The notes: generated by a model not told the origin, from the letters alone. A stretch of 64,000 bases of DNA from Nitrosopumilus sp. (GCA_965224195.1 OZ245040.1:96001-160000); one strand, 5' to 3'. Shown: positions 10,547-20,197, counted from the first letter of the stretch. Numbers and translations: made by a program.

Positions 10547-10807
10547 ATGGAATGTAAAAATGAACAACACCCTGATCACTACAACATCTTTGTTAATGCA
10601 AAGCGAAATTCTTGGAAGGATGAAACAATCAATTATTCACAAGTCGTGAATTTGGCATTTCCTCCTCCACATGGTTCAAACGAAGTATTCACTGTTCAGT
10701 ATAGCCGTGGTCCAAAAGAAAATCGTGAAGGTACTCTTGTAGATGGACAGGAAGTTGAAATTAAAAGTGGAATGGTGTTTGATGTTACTAGAACTGATAA
10801 GTCATAA
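10547..10807 (+). CDS. Multi-ubiquitin-family ubiquitin-like protein
   Basis: IFVNA..INYSQVVNLAF..TVQYSRGP..EGTLVDGQEVEIKSGMVFDVTRTDKS beta-grasp pattern. Confidence 0.85.
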   Translation: MECKNEQHPDHYNIFVNAKRNSWKDETINYSQVVNLAFPPPHGSNEVFTVQYSRGPKENREGTLVDGQEVEIKSGMVFDVTRTDKS

Positions 10808-11969
10808 TGATGATCTAAAACAGCTTCTAAACGAAGGTTATGAAGTAGAATTTTTTAACATCTACCTTATGATCCACCATGTTCCATATGTGAACGATAA
10901 AAATCAAGTAGCATATGGAACATTAGTTTCCAAATCTGAACTAACTAGCTCTACTGTGAAACCTACTGATCATACAGTGCTTTGGATTGGAGATTTTCCA
11001 TGTGACTCTAAAGGCTCACCATTGGTGAAATTGGGTACCAATAATGTACAAGAGAATATTCGAGAAGGATTAATAGCCTCTCATTTGTTTTCTCAAAAAC
11101 CCAAGCCCCCTTTAACAGGATATGCTAATCATCATGAAAAGATGACTACCTATATCCGAATGTTAGAAGGTGAAGCTCATGCCCTTGATTCTACTGTAAC
11201 TGCCAAGACGTTTTTATCTGTTAAACTCACAGAAGAGGAATCAGTTTTTTGTTATTTGGATACATCTTCAAGTCGTGCAGGTATTACGTCTATTAATGAG
11301 AAATTAAAACAAGACAAAATTGCTATTGTTGGATTAGGTGGAACAGGATCATATGTTTTAGATCTTGTTGCCAAGACTCCTGTGGGGGAAATACATCTTT
11401 TTGATGGAGATAAATTTCTCAATCATAATGCTTTTCGCTCTCCTGGAGCACCATCATATAATGACTTGTTAAAAAACACAACTAAAGTAGAGTGGTTCAC
11501 AGAAATCTATTCTCATATGCGAAGAAAAATTATTCCGCATACACAATTTATCGATGAATCAAATATCTCAGAATTAAATTCTATGGGTATTGTATTCCTT
11601 TGTATTGATAAAGGTGAACTAAGAAAACTGATTGTAAATCATCTTATAGAAAACAAGATCCCATTCATAGATGTTGGAATTTCTCTTTTACGTGAAAGTA
11701 AAGCATTAACTGGTTCTGTTCGAATAACCACTTGCACTCCATCTTTTCACAATCATGTAACAAACAGAATTCCTTTTGGTAGTAGCAAAAATAATGAATA
11801 TTCAAGTAACATCCAAGTAGCTGATATGAATGCACTAAATGCTGCATTTGCAGTTATCAAATGGAAGAAGATGTGTGGATTCTATCATGATATTCCTAAT
11901 GAACATCATACTGTTTATGGAATCTCTACTAATACTGTTACAAATGATGAGATCGTAAATGAAGCATAA
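10782..11969 (+). CDS. E2-like (DUF6791-like) + ThiF/E1 adenylyltransferase fusion
   Basis: N-terminal HHVPYVN..GTLVS..DHTVLWIGDFPC; E1 core KIAIVGLGGTGS, DGDKFLNHNAFRSPG, FLCID; ATG 10782 overlaps the Ubl gene end. Confidence 0.85.
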   Translation: MLLELISHNDDLKQLLNEGYEVEFFNIYLMIHHVPYVNDKNQVAYGTLVSKSELTSSTVKPTDHTVLWIGDFPCDSKGSPLVKLGTNNVQENIREGLIASHLFSQKPKPPLTGYANHHEKMTTYIRMLEGEAHALDSTVTAKTFLSVKLTEEESVFCYLDTSSSRAGITSINEKLKQDKIAIVGLGGTGSYVLDLVAKTPVGEIHLFDGDKFLNHNAFRSPGAPSYNDLLKNTTKVEWFTEIYSHMRRKIIPHTQFIDESNISELNSMGIVFLCIDKGELRKLIVNHLIENKIPFIDVGISLLRESKALTGSVRITTCTPSFHNHVTNRIPFGSSKNNEYSSNIQVADMNALNAAFAVIKWKKMCGFYHDIPNEHHTVYGISTNTVTNDEIVNEA

Positions 11970-12327
11970 AATAATCAAACCTGAGTTTGTTGAATTAATT
12001 CCTGATGTAGTTGAATCTGGTATACTGTACATATCCATTCCTTTTGCAACAGCTACTCACAAATGTGCTTGTGGATGTAACGAAATTGTTGTAACACCTA
12101 TCAAACCTACAGATTGGACTTTAACTTGGAATGGTAAAGTAATTACAATGAACCCATCAATTGGAAATTGGAGTCTTCCGTGTCAATCACATTATTGGAT
12201 TGAAGAAAATAAAATAATTTGGTCTAGGAGATGGAATGATTTAGAAATTAGGGCTGGACGTACAAAGGATCAGAAAACAAAATCTCGATATTACGGAAAG
12301 TTCCGAACATGGTTCAATAGAACTTGA
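11959..12327 (+). CDS. DUF6527-like Cys/His protein
   Basis: HKCACGC..VVTP..W..PSIGNW..CQSHYWI; overlaps E1 stop. Confidence 0.8.
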   Translation: MKHKIIKPEFVELIPDVVESGILYISIPFATATHKCACGCNEIVVTPIKPTDWTLTWNGKVITMNPSIGNWSLPCQSHYWIEENKIIWSRRWNDLEIRAGRTKDQKTKSRYYGKFRTWFNRT

Positions 12328-12414
12328 TACAATATCTAGATATTTTCTAAGACTGATGAACTAGCAATAATCTAGTTATTCAATGACTGTGAAAAAAGCA
12401 ATCAAAATTCTGGA

Positions 12415-13086
12415 ATGCTTAAGTTCACCCAATGTTTAGATAATTTGTTGGGCTTTTTTGATGCTTTCAAAAAAAGTAGAAAACAAGTAAACCGCGAAAA
12501 CCAAGAACAAGGTAAAGCAGGAGAAAGAAGAATCAAAGAAGAGTACGAATTTTCAGGTTACAAAGTAAAAAGAACTGGAAAAGGTCATGACCTTAAAGCA
12601 GAAAAAAAAGATTGGCTTACTGGAAAAAAAGAAACAAAATACATTGAAGTTAAAACTGGAAATTCAAAACTATCTAAACTTCAAAAGAAAAAACGAAGTC
12701 AATTTGGTAAAAAATATGTTGTAGAACGTCTTGAACCTACTCTTTTAGGATTAGTATCAAACAATCGTGAATCTGACAAGTCTAAAACTAGAACAGAGAA
12801 AAATAGTTCAAGTTTTCTTGGATTTGGAAATGTTAGTTTTTGGGATTCTGATTCTAATACAAAAAAGAAAACAAAGAAAAAAACTAATACAAAAAAGAAA
12901 ATTACAAAAAAGAAGTTTGATGGTATCTGGGGTTCTAGTAGTTCTATGGATTTAATTTTTGGTTCTACAACAACCAAAAAGAAAACTACCAAAAGAAAAA
13001 CAACAAAGAAAAAAACTACAAAAAAGAAAACTACTGACATTTGGGGTTTAACTAATACAAGAAAGAAAAATACAGGAATATGGTAG
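12415..13086 (+). CDS. PD-(D/E)xK-like nuclease domain with Lys/Thr-rich tail
   Basis: QGKAGE..GHDLKA..YIEVKTG; C-terminal KKKTT low-complexity region with repeated IWG/IFG. Confidence 0.6.
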   Translation: MLKFTQCLDNLLGFFDAFKKSRKQVNRENQEQGKAGERRIKEEYEFSGYKVKRTGKGHDLKAEKKDWLTGKKETKYIEVKTGNSKLSKLQKKKRSQFGKKYVVERLEPTLLGLVSNNRESDKSKTRTEKNSSSFLGFGNVSFWDSDSNTKKKTKKKTNTKKKITKKKFDGIWGSSSSMDLIFGSTTTKKKTTKRKTTKKKTTKKKTTDIWGLTNTRKKNTGIW

Positions 13087-13087
13087 A

Positions 13088-13567
13088 GTGGATATGAGTA
13101 ATTTTAAACCAAAACATACCATTTTTGATAAGGAAAAATTTGTAGAAGAAAGAGCAAAACTTGGAGGATTGGCTCAAAAAGGAATGAGAACTACTGGTGG
13201 AACTGACATTGATTGGGTAATTGAACATAGGGGAGGATTCATCATAATGGAAAACAAAACTTTCTCAAAAGATTGGATTAGTTTACCAGTAGGACAAATG
13301 ATTACTTTTGAACAAATGTACAAGAAACTAAATGCAGATGGCAAGTGTCATTTTCTAATTTTTGGTTTTGATGGTGATGTTGATTTTAAGAACCCTGAAT
13401 CAATAATCTGGTATTTTGATATGAAAGATTGGGATGATGGCAAAATTTGTCCTAACAGAACAATATCATTCAAAAAATTTGGAGTTCATAGAAGAGAAAT
13501 GACAAAAATTACTCTGAAAGAATATAGAGAATTGATGGAAAAATATTGGAAAGAATTTGAGGAATAG
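13088..13567 (+). CDS. PD-(D/E)xK-like nuclease-fold protein
   Basis: TDIDWVIEHRGGFIIMENK...GQ motif. Confidence 0.55.
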   Translation: MDMSNFKPKHTIFDKEKFVEERAKLGGLAQKGMRTTGGTDIDWVIEHRGGFIIMENKTFSKDWISLPVGQMITFEQMYKKLNADGKCHFLIFGFDGDVDFKNPESIIWYFDMKDWDDGKICPNRTISFKKFGVHRREMTKITLKEYRELMEKYWKEFEE

Positions 13568-13695
13568 GTTAAATCTAATTTTTATAAATTAAGAAACATG
13601 GAATACCGATCTGAGAATTTTGTGCTGAATTATGTTAAACAAACTAGACACAATACCTCAATGATTTATAAGACGATTATTGATTTTTTGACTTT

Positions 13696-14148
13696 ATGGC
13701 AAAGGTATACGATGTACCAGCAGATATACTGATAGAAAGACTATCTACAGCACTAAAGAGCGAAGATATTCCTGCACCTTCTTGGATACCATTTGTCAAA
13801 ACTGGAGCTCATGCAGATAAACCTCCTCAAGATAGAGACTGGTGGCATACAAGATGCGCTTCAATTATGAGAAAAATTTACCTTAATGGTCCACTTGGAA
13901 TTAATGCTTTAAGAAATGATTATGGTGGCGGTAAACCATCTGGATATGGAGCTGCACATCACAAAGATGCAGGTGGTGCAATTATTCGTAATGCAATTCA
14001 AGCATTAGAAAAACTTGGATATGTAGAAAAAGTTGAGAAGAAAGGACGTATAATTTCTAAACAAGGAATGCAAAAACTTGATAGACTAGCAACTGAAATT
14101 CTTAAAGAATTAATTGTTGAAACACCACAATTGAAGATATACTCTTAG
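13696..14148 (+). CDS. rps19e: 30S ribosomal protein S19e
   Basis: VYDVPAD, FVKTG, WWHTRCASIMRK. Confidence 0.97.
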   Translation: MAKVYDVPADILIERLSTALKSEDIPAPSWIPFVKTGAHADKPPQDRDWWHTRCASIMRKIYLNGPLGINALRNDYGGGKPSGYGAAHHKDAGGAIIRNAIQALEKLGYVEKVEKKGRIISKQGMQKLDRLATEILKELIVETPQLKIYS

Positions 14149-14155
14149 ATTTAAA

Positions 14156-14437
14156 ATGAGTTTTCCAGAATCCAACGAACCTCCTGTTGATAACACGAAT
14201 CATGAGTTAGCTGCACAAAAAGAACAAATTCTAAAACAAGTTCTAACGCCAGAAGCTCGAAGTAGATTAAACAATATCAAGATGGTTAAACCTGAACTCT
14301 CTGATATGGTTGAGCAATATTTGATCGGTATGGCAACTCAAGGAAAACTCCCTGGTCAACTCACTGATGAACAATTAAAGCAAATTTTGCTCTCTGCCCA
14401 GCAACCTAAACGTGATTTCAAGATAAATCGAGTTTAA
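14156..14437 (+). CDS. PDCD5-like dsDNA-binding protein
   Basis: ILKQVLTPEARSRLNNIKMVKPE; usual neighbour of rps19e. Confidence 0.92.
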   Translation: MSFPESNEPPVDNTNHELAAQKEQILKQVLTPEARSRLNNIKMVKPELSDMVEQYLIGMATQGKLPGQLTDEQLKQILLSAQQPKRDFKINRV

Positions 14438-14478
14438 TACAGAAAAAATTTAAATTTAGAAACAAATTTCGTAAATTC

Positions 14479-15558
14479 ATGAAAGCCGTTGTATACACAG
14501 AATACGCACCAGATGATAATTATGCTAAAATCCTCAAAGTCCAGGATATAGATGACCCAAAACCAAAATCAGACGAAGTAGTATTTTCAGTAAAATCTGC
14601 CGCTCTGAATTATAATGATATTTGGGGAATGCGTGGAGTTCCAGTTGCAGTTCCATTGCCACACGTATCAGGTTCTGATGCTGCAGGTGATGTTATCGCA
14701 GTTGGTGAGGATGTTAAAAATATCAAAGTTGGAGATAGAGTAGTTTCTCACTCTAACATGTCATGTAGAGTTTGTAAAGCATGTACTGACGGTAGAGAAT
14801 TTGATTGCATTAAGAGAACCATTTGGGGATTCCAAACTGGTCCAACTTGGGGAGCTTTCCAAGAAGTAACCCATCTTCCTGAAGTAAATGTTTCAAAAAT
14901 TCCTGAAGGCGTTTCATATGATGATGCAGCAGCAGCATCAATGACTATTCTAACTTCATGGCACATGCTAGTTGGTAGAGCTAAGATTACACCTGGACAA
15001 ACCGTCTTGATAATGGGTGGTGGTTCTGGAGTTGGTAGCTTTGGAATTCAAATAGCAAAACTATACAATTGTGATGTTATTGCAACTGCAAGTCCTGACA
15101 AATTAGACAAATGTTTGGAACTTGGAGCAGATTATGCAGTAGATCATAGAAAAGAAGATTGGAGTAAAGAAGTCTATAAAATTTCAAAAGAAATTGCCAA
15201 GAGAAAAGGTGAAGCCCCAGGAATTGATTTATCATTTGATCACATTGGTGAAACACACTGGAATCAACAATTGCAATTACTGAAGTATGGTGCAACTCTT
15301 GTTTCATGCGGTGCAACCACTGGTTACAACGCAAAGACTGATCTCAGACATGTGTTCTTTAAAGGAACTAACATTTTGGGTTCAACACAAGGAACTAAAG
15401 CCGAACTTGATCAAGCTCTTTACTGGATGGGTCAAGGAAAAATTAAAGCAGCAATTGACTCAACCTATACATTTGAGCAAGCAGCTGAGGCTCACACAAA
15501 GATGTTAACCGGAAAAGGAATGTTCGGAAAAATCTTAATGAAGCCCGAGGGCGTTTAG
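14479..15558 (+). CDS. Zn-binding medium-chain dehydrogenase/reductase (candidate acryloyl-CoA reductase type)
   Basis: GSDAAG, CRVCKAC..C, GGGSGVG; specific substrate is inference. Confidence 0.85.
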   Translation: MKAVVYTEYAPDDNYAKILKVQDIDDPKPKSDEVVFSVKSAALNYNDIWGMRGVPVAVPLPHVSGSDAAGDVIAVGEDVKNIKVGDRVVSHSNMSCRVCKACTDGREFDCIKRTIWGFQTGPTWGAFQEVTHLPEVNVSKIPEGVSYDDAAAASMTILTSWHMLVGRAKITPGQTVLIMGGGSGVGSFGIQIAKLYNCDVIATASPDKLDKCLELGADYAVDHRKEDWSKEVYKISKEIAKRKGEAPGIDLSFDHIGETHWNQQLQLLKYGATLVSCGATTGYNAKTDLRHVFFKGTNILGSTQGTKAELDQALYWMGQGKIKAAIDSTYTFEQAAEAHTKMLTGKGMFGKILMKPEGV

Positions 15559-15565
15559 TCATTTA

Positions 15566-16420
15566 ATGACTCAGCTTTTTCGAAGTCTTATTTTTGTACC
15601 TGGAAATAATTCCAGATTCTTAGAAAAAGCAAAAACACTCCAAGCTGATATTGTTTGTTTTGATTTAGAAGATTCAGTTCCAGACAATGAAAAAACAAAC
15701 GCACGAAAACTAATTAAATCTGCATTAAAAGCAAGGAAATTATACAAATCTTCAATTTTTGTTAGAACAAATTCTCCAAGTTCGGGTAAAATTCCATCTG
15801 ATCTTAAAGAAATTGTTCAAAAAGGAATTGATGGAATTGTAATACCTAAAGTAAATAATATAAAAGAAATGAAAAAAATTAAAAAAATATTATCTGATTT
15901 AGAAAAAACTAGAAAACTAAAACCAATTCAAATTATCCCTTCAATTGAATCTGCAGAAGGAGTAGTGAATACTTTTGATATTGCATCTTTTGGAAAGCGA
16001 GTGTCTGCAGTAGTTTTTGGTGTATTTGATTTATTAAATAATTTAGGGGTAGAATATGTAAAAGATTCTGAAGGAGAAAAATATTCTAGAAGGAAAATAC
16101 CTGTAGATGCTCATGCCGCAGGAGTTGAAGTAATTGATGCTATTTGGCAAGATCTTAAAGATTCTAAAGGATTAGAAAAGGATTGTAAATTAGGAAAAAG
16201 TCTCGGATATACAGGAAAAAGCATCATTCACCCAGATCAAATACCTGTGGTTCACAAATTATTTCACCCCAACAAAAGTGAAATTTCCTGGGCTCAAAAA
16301 GTATGTGAAATTTATCTTGAATCTACCAAAAAAGGCAAAGGAGCAACTACTGTAGATGGAAAAATGATAGATGAGGTTCATTTCAAGCAAGCAAAGGCGC
16401 TCCTTGAACTTGTAAAATGA
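15566..16420 (+). CDS. CitE/HpcH-family CoA-ester lyase
   Basis: RSLIFVPG, DLEDSV, GKSIIHPDQI, DGKMID. Confidence 0.9.
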   Translation: MTQLFRSLIFVPGNNSRFLEKAKTLQADIVCFDLEDSVPDNEKTNARKLIKSALKARKLYKSSIFVRTNSPSSGKIPSDLKEIVQKGIDGIVIPKVNNIKEMKKIKKILSDLEKTRKLKPIQIIPSIESAEGVVNTFDIASFGKRVSAVVFGVFDLLNNLGVEYVKDSEGEKYSRRKIPVDAHAAGVEVIDAIWQDLKDSKGLEKDCKLGKSLGYTGKSIIHPDQIPVVHKLFHPNKSEISWAQKVCEIYLESTKKGKGATTVDGKMIDEVHFKQAKALLELVK

Positions 16421-16433
16421 TGATTTCTTCTAA

Positions 16434-17051
16434 TTAATCCTGTTCAAATAATTCAATAATTGATTTCATACTAGTGCTTTTTTCAAACATTTTTTTATTT
16501 ACAATTACAATAATTGCAATTTTATCTTTTTTAATCTCTAATTTTATTTCTTCAAATACACATTGAAGTTTAGATATTTTTTTACTTTCACTAAGGATTT
16601 TACCTGATTCTATTATTAAACCATGTAAAATTAAATTTTCTATTTTCCTATATCCTGATGTTTTTGGAACTTTGGATTCTTTAAGAATTTGTGGAATTGT
16701 ATATTCATTTTCTAATAATGTTGAAATGATCTTCCTAGTTTCAACTTCTCCAAATAATTCTAAAATTAAATCTCTTAAATCAGAATCAACAATAGTTACT
16801 AAAAATTTATCATTTCTTTTTTTTACTTTGAGAATTTTACCTATATAGTCTTTTTCAAATTTCTTAACATCAATTGTAGAATTTTTTCTAAGTACACTGG
16901 TAAATTTGTGGAAATGTTCTATTGATAATTTTATTGACATACCATGTTCTAAAAATAATTCTTTTTCAGTATTTTTTAGAATTTCTAAATCTAAGTTTTT
17001 TTTTATTTCACATGATAGTGAAGATGCTATGATTTTATCAATACCACCCAT
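16434..17051 (-). CDS. Thaumarchaeal wHTH transcriptional regulator
   Basis: Start at MGGIDK; TIPQILKESKVPKTSGYRKIENL HTH. Confidence 0.75.
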   Translation of the reverse strand: MGGIDKIIASSLSCEIKKNLDLEILKNTEKELFLEHGMSIKLSIEHFHKFTSVLRKNSTIDVKKFEKDYIGKILKVKKRNDKFLVTIVDSDLRDLILELFGEVETRKIISTLLENEYTIPQILKESKVPKTSGYRKIENLILHGLIIESGKILSESKKISKLQCVFEEIKLEIKKDKIAIIVIVNKKMFEKSTSMKSIIELFEQD

Positions 17052-17109
17052 ACTACAGTTGTAAATTATGGAAAATATTAAAACACTGCTTTTTCTAGTA
17101 TGACTAGAG

Positions 17110-17283
17110 ATGCAAAAATCAGTTATAGTTATTGATGATGATAAGGATATTGTCAGATTATTTAGTGAATTTCTTGAAGAGAATGACATCAATGTTGTTG
17201 GAAATGGATTTGATGGCGTTACAGCTGTTAAACTATACAAAGAAACCAAGCCTGCAGAACCACAGACAAAAATATTTTTATAG
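17110..17283 (+). pseudogene. Truncated response-regulator receiver domain
   Basis: MQKSVIVIDDDKDIVRLFSEFLE..GFDGVTAVKLYKETKP, then unrelated sequence and a stop before the phospho-acceptor Asp. Confidence 0.8.
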
Positions 17284-17305
17284 TCCATGCAATGCAGGGA
17301 ACTCA

Positions 17306-18426
17306 TTGAGCATTAACATATTTTTGGTTGCAGTTTTGGCAGTAACAATAATTACCGTAGTTGCACTAACTGCAGCCCAGTCCTCTGAAGCATTTGCATT
17401 AAAAGCGGGGGGGGTCTCCCACAAAATGTTGCAATAGCGCGCAGCGGTGATGGTACAACTGCCACGTTATCGTGGGATGCGCAGGAAGGCATTGAGAACT
17501 ATTTCATAAAAAGCAAGTGCCTGTCATATACAGATGATTCTAATGGCAAGAAGCAAAAGAAGGTAAAGGTTTCAGGCAGTGATACATTCTACACCTTTGA
17601 TGTGGCTAATGATAAGTCATGTAAAGTTCACATCAGGGCATATGATGTCGATAATGGCAGGTCTGATAATGTGACAGTTGTACTGCCTGCAAATAATAAT
17701 GATAATTATAATATTAACAATAATATTAACGGCAATGACAATAACGATAATGCAGCAGAGCAGCCCAAAATCAGGGATACCAGACAATCCCAGACAACAA
17801 CTACAGATGATGCATCATCAGATCGTAAAGTACAAAATTTAGAGATAGAAAAAGCAGGTAACAAAAAAGTTACTTTAACATGGGAAGAACCAGCAAATTC
17901 AGATGAACTAATAAATTATGCTATCTCATACAATTGTTATATTCCTGGTACGAGAGGTGCTACCACTCATACTATCTTTACATCTATATCTATAGATAAT
18001 TTGCCTACAGATAACGCATGTAAGTTTTTTATAATTCCAATATATGGTGATAGTGGTTCAGATAGTGGTTCAGGTGATAGCATTACGTTAAACCGCCCTT
18101 TAAAAGACATACCATTTATTGAAACACCAAATGATATACAATTAACTGCTGTAATGGATGGTAGTGATGCAATCGAGGTGTCATGGCATCCAATATACAG
18201 TGATGTATCTAATTATATTCTGCAGTGGAATGATGGTACGAATCCAGGCGACGGCTTTATGCCTCATTATGAGAAGGTGTTTCAAGGTGATAATAGACCA
18301 ACATCACAAATAATTAAAAACGTTATTCCTGGAAATACATATACTATTGTACTCACTCTACTATACCAAGAACATGATTATATTGCATCGGAATCTTCCA
18401 CTATTATTAAATATACAGTATCCTAG
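17306..18426 (+). CDS. Secreted fibronectin type III repeat protein, frameshifted at a G8 tract
   Basis: Signal peptide from TTG 17306; three FN3-like units (TLSWD, TLTWEEP, EVSWHP); frame break at G8 17407-17414. Confidence 0.75.
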
Positions 18427-18879
18427 ATGATGAAGTAGGCTTTCAAGTTGTGTTTTCTGGATTACTATCATTTTCACCAAATGCATAGGTAACTGATAGG
18501 GGTGAGGCAGCAAGCATCAAGAGGATGGCTACTGCTTTATAATTTTGAATTTGGTATTTTACCATGAAAAGATACTATCAGTATGATAGATTAGGAACGG
18601 CGAGGAATCATCCTGTTCTTTATATACTAAATTTTATCAAAACTGCTCAAAATTGAAGTAAATTGATTATTTCTGTCTAAAAAATTCTTTTTTGAAATTT
18701 TTTAAAAAAATAAGTATTTTTAAAATTTTTTTAGGCATAGTATCTTTCTAAATTTTCAAATACACTTCTAAAATTATCAAAAATTGGATAGTTTTTCTGA
18801 TCAAACCACTGTTCCGCTTTGCGCTCCGCTGTGAAGTTTCAGAATGTTCCTCATAAACTACATTGTTGTATACTAGAGC

Positions 18880-19167
18880 ATGTCAAAACAACAATACAGG
18901 TCCGAAATGGGCATTATGGGTGATATCTTAGACGTAACCGCTGATGGCGGTCGTGGTGGAGTTATTGTATCTGCAATCTCTCGAAAAGCCAACCTATCTC
19001 ACTATGCAGTACTAGACAAATGTGAGAAACTGGTAGAAGCCGGCTTAGTCGAATCCGTCAAAAACGACAGAAATAGAGTCTTTTTGATAACTGAAAAAGG
19101 ACTTCAGTTTTTCCAGAAATTCAAGAGATTTCAGGGACTCGTCGAAAGCATGAATCTAAGGTATTAA
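18880..19167 (+). CDS. wHTH transcriptional regulator
   Basis: YRSEMGIMGDIL..ISRKANLS..ITEKG. Confidence 0.85.
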   Translation: MSKQQYRSEMGIMGDILDVTADGGRGGVIVSAISRKANLSHYAVLDKCEKLVEAGLVESVKNDRNRVFLITEKGLQFFQKFKRFQGLVESMNLRY

Positions 19168-19171
19168 GCAT

Positions 19172-20197
19172 ATGAATCCAGAAATCGTACCAATTCATAG
19201 GAAAGAGTCTCTTGGAGAAGATGGAATGCTTTTTGTAAGGACTGATGGTATTCTCGATACAATGATCAAAGTACCTCTTTTGGTAGCAAGTATAATCATT
19301 GTTGCAGCAATAATGCCAATTCAGTCTTCATTCAGTTCTCCTAGAGCGATGGATCTTATCATATATCCAGATGGAACAACACATGTTTCAGCGGAAATTG
19401 ATATGGATCCACTAGCTACTGATTATGAACTTGAATTATTTGGTAGTACAGTTGATAATTTTGTTGCTGTAGGTGAAGATGAATTTTTACTTGAGTCTGA
19501 CATTATTGGTAATTCAGCATTGATTGAAACTTTTGGTTCATCTGTTATCTCTCTACAATACGATATTCACGATTTAGTATCTAAACAAGGTAGAATTTGG
19601 ACATTTTCTTTAGACACATCATCTGATTTTACATTACTTTTACCACAAAATTCTGTTATAGTTACCATGACAAATATTCCAATCGATAGTAAAATTACTA
19701 ACGAACAAAATTTGTTAACTCTATCTGGTGGTAACACTGAGATTGATTATATTTTTGGAACATCTACACTACCAGTAACAAACCCGCCAGTAACAAACCC
19801 TGAATCATCATTAACTGATATGATTCCACTTGCAATTGTTGGTGGAGTTGCTGGAATTGGAGCAACAGTATATTTTATGAATAAAAGAAAACAATCAAAA
19901 TCATCAGCTATACTCGAGACTATTTCTAACTCTAAATCTGATGAAAGCTCTCTTGATATTGAAACAATTTTCAAATTAAAACCAGATATTCGTGAAGATG
20001 ATAAAGAGATAGTGAAGTTTATCTTTGATAACAAAGGAGAAGTACTTGAAAGTGATTTACGAAAAAAATTCTTACAACCAAGAACCACAATGTGGCGTGC
20101 AGTTAAGAGATTAGAACGCAACGGTATTATTGAAATTGAAAAGAAAGATTTGCAAAATTTGGTAAAACTACGTAAGGATATGGAGAAAGAAGAATGA
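19172..20197 (+). CDS. Membrane-anchored protein with C-terminal MarR-like HTH
   Basis: Signal/TM, extracellular domain, TM, ESDLRKKFLQPRTTMWRAVKRLE. Confidence 0.8.
   Translation: MNPEIVPIHRKESLGEDGMLFVRTDGILDTMIKVPLLVASIIIVAAIMPIQSSFSSPRAMDLIIYPDGTTHVSAEIDMDPLATDYELELFGSTVDNFVAVGEDEFLLESDIIGNSALIETFGSSVISLQYDIHDLVSKQGRIWTFSLDTSSDFTLLLPQNSVIVTMTNIPIDSKITNEQNLLTLSGGNTEIDYIFGTSTLPVTNPPVTNPESSLTDMIPLAIVGGVAGIGATVYFMNKRKQSKSSAILETISNSKSDESSLDIETIFKLKPDIREDDKEIVKFIFDNKGEVLESDLRKKFLQPRTTMWRAVKRLERNGIIEIEKKDLQNLVKLRKDMEKEE

Larger units (their letters stand above)
3714..13662. mobile_element. Integrated genomic island bounded by the 11-bp direct repeat AATACCTCAAT (3714-3724 and 13652-13662)
   Basis: Repeat duplicates the last codons of rpp21; the interval holds an integrase remnant and only accessory genes; housekeeping resumes with rps19e. 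Confidence 0.75.

Noticed and set aside
17052-17306. Long N-terminal extension of the 16434 regulator
   Set aside because: Antisense shadow of the response-regulator fragment
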